15,359 nucleotides of DNA from Myxococcales bacterium (lineage in GTDB: Bacteria > Myxococcota > Myxococcia > Myxococcales > Anaeromyxobacteraceae), in NCBI GenBank assembly GCA_038320275.1, contig JBBQEB010000090.1, forward strand, positions 1 to 15,359, written 5' to 3'. Position numbers and translations under genes: made by a program. Positions 15,344-15,359 of the stretch are shown here, piece after piece (position 1 is the stretch's first letter; the number at the start of each line of letters is the position of its first letter). The notes beneath the pieces were generated by a model. The model saw nothing but the letters and a program-made list of their open reading frames with translations. It did no database searches and was not told the origin of the DNA.

Positions 15344-15359
15344 TGATGGCTCCCCGGCA

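Overview
Very GC-rich bacterial DNA, probably Myxococcota or Anaeromyxobacter-like (inferred from gene content and composition). Most real genes lie on the minus strand. In transcription order (right to left) they are: an alpha-2-macroglobulin (intact CLEQ thioester)-pbpC operon; a secreted Trp/Tyr/Gly-rich protein; a SNF2-family ATPase followed closely by a SWIM zinc-finger gene; a DUF2127 membrane protein; and tRNA-Gly(GCC) with a clear sigma70 promoter and intrinsic terminator. A 63-aa Lys/Ala-rich ORF on the plus strand converges on the SWIM gene across a degenerate ~40-bp non-coding repeat array. Downstream of the tRNA (bases 1-960) is a lower-GC, accessory-looking segment. It holds a truncated HATPase_c_4/wHTH ('RecG C-terminal') gene remnant and a 137-aa orphan with ADP-ribosyltransferase-like motifs. 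The best leads are this ART-like orphan at a possible tRNA-Gly island edge, the five-unit repeat array, and a 14-bp near-palindrome shared by two adjacent promoters. Domain calls come from motif recognition by eye; no searches were run.
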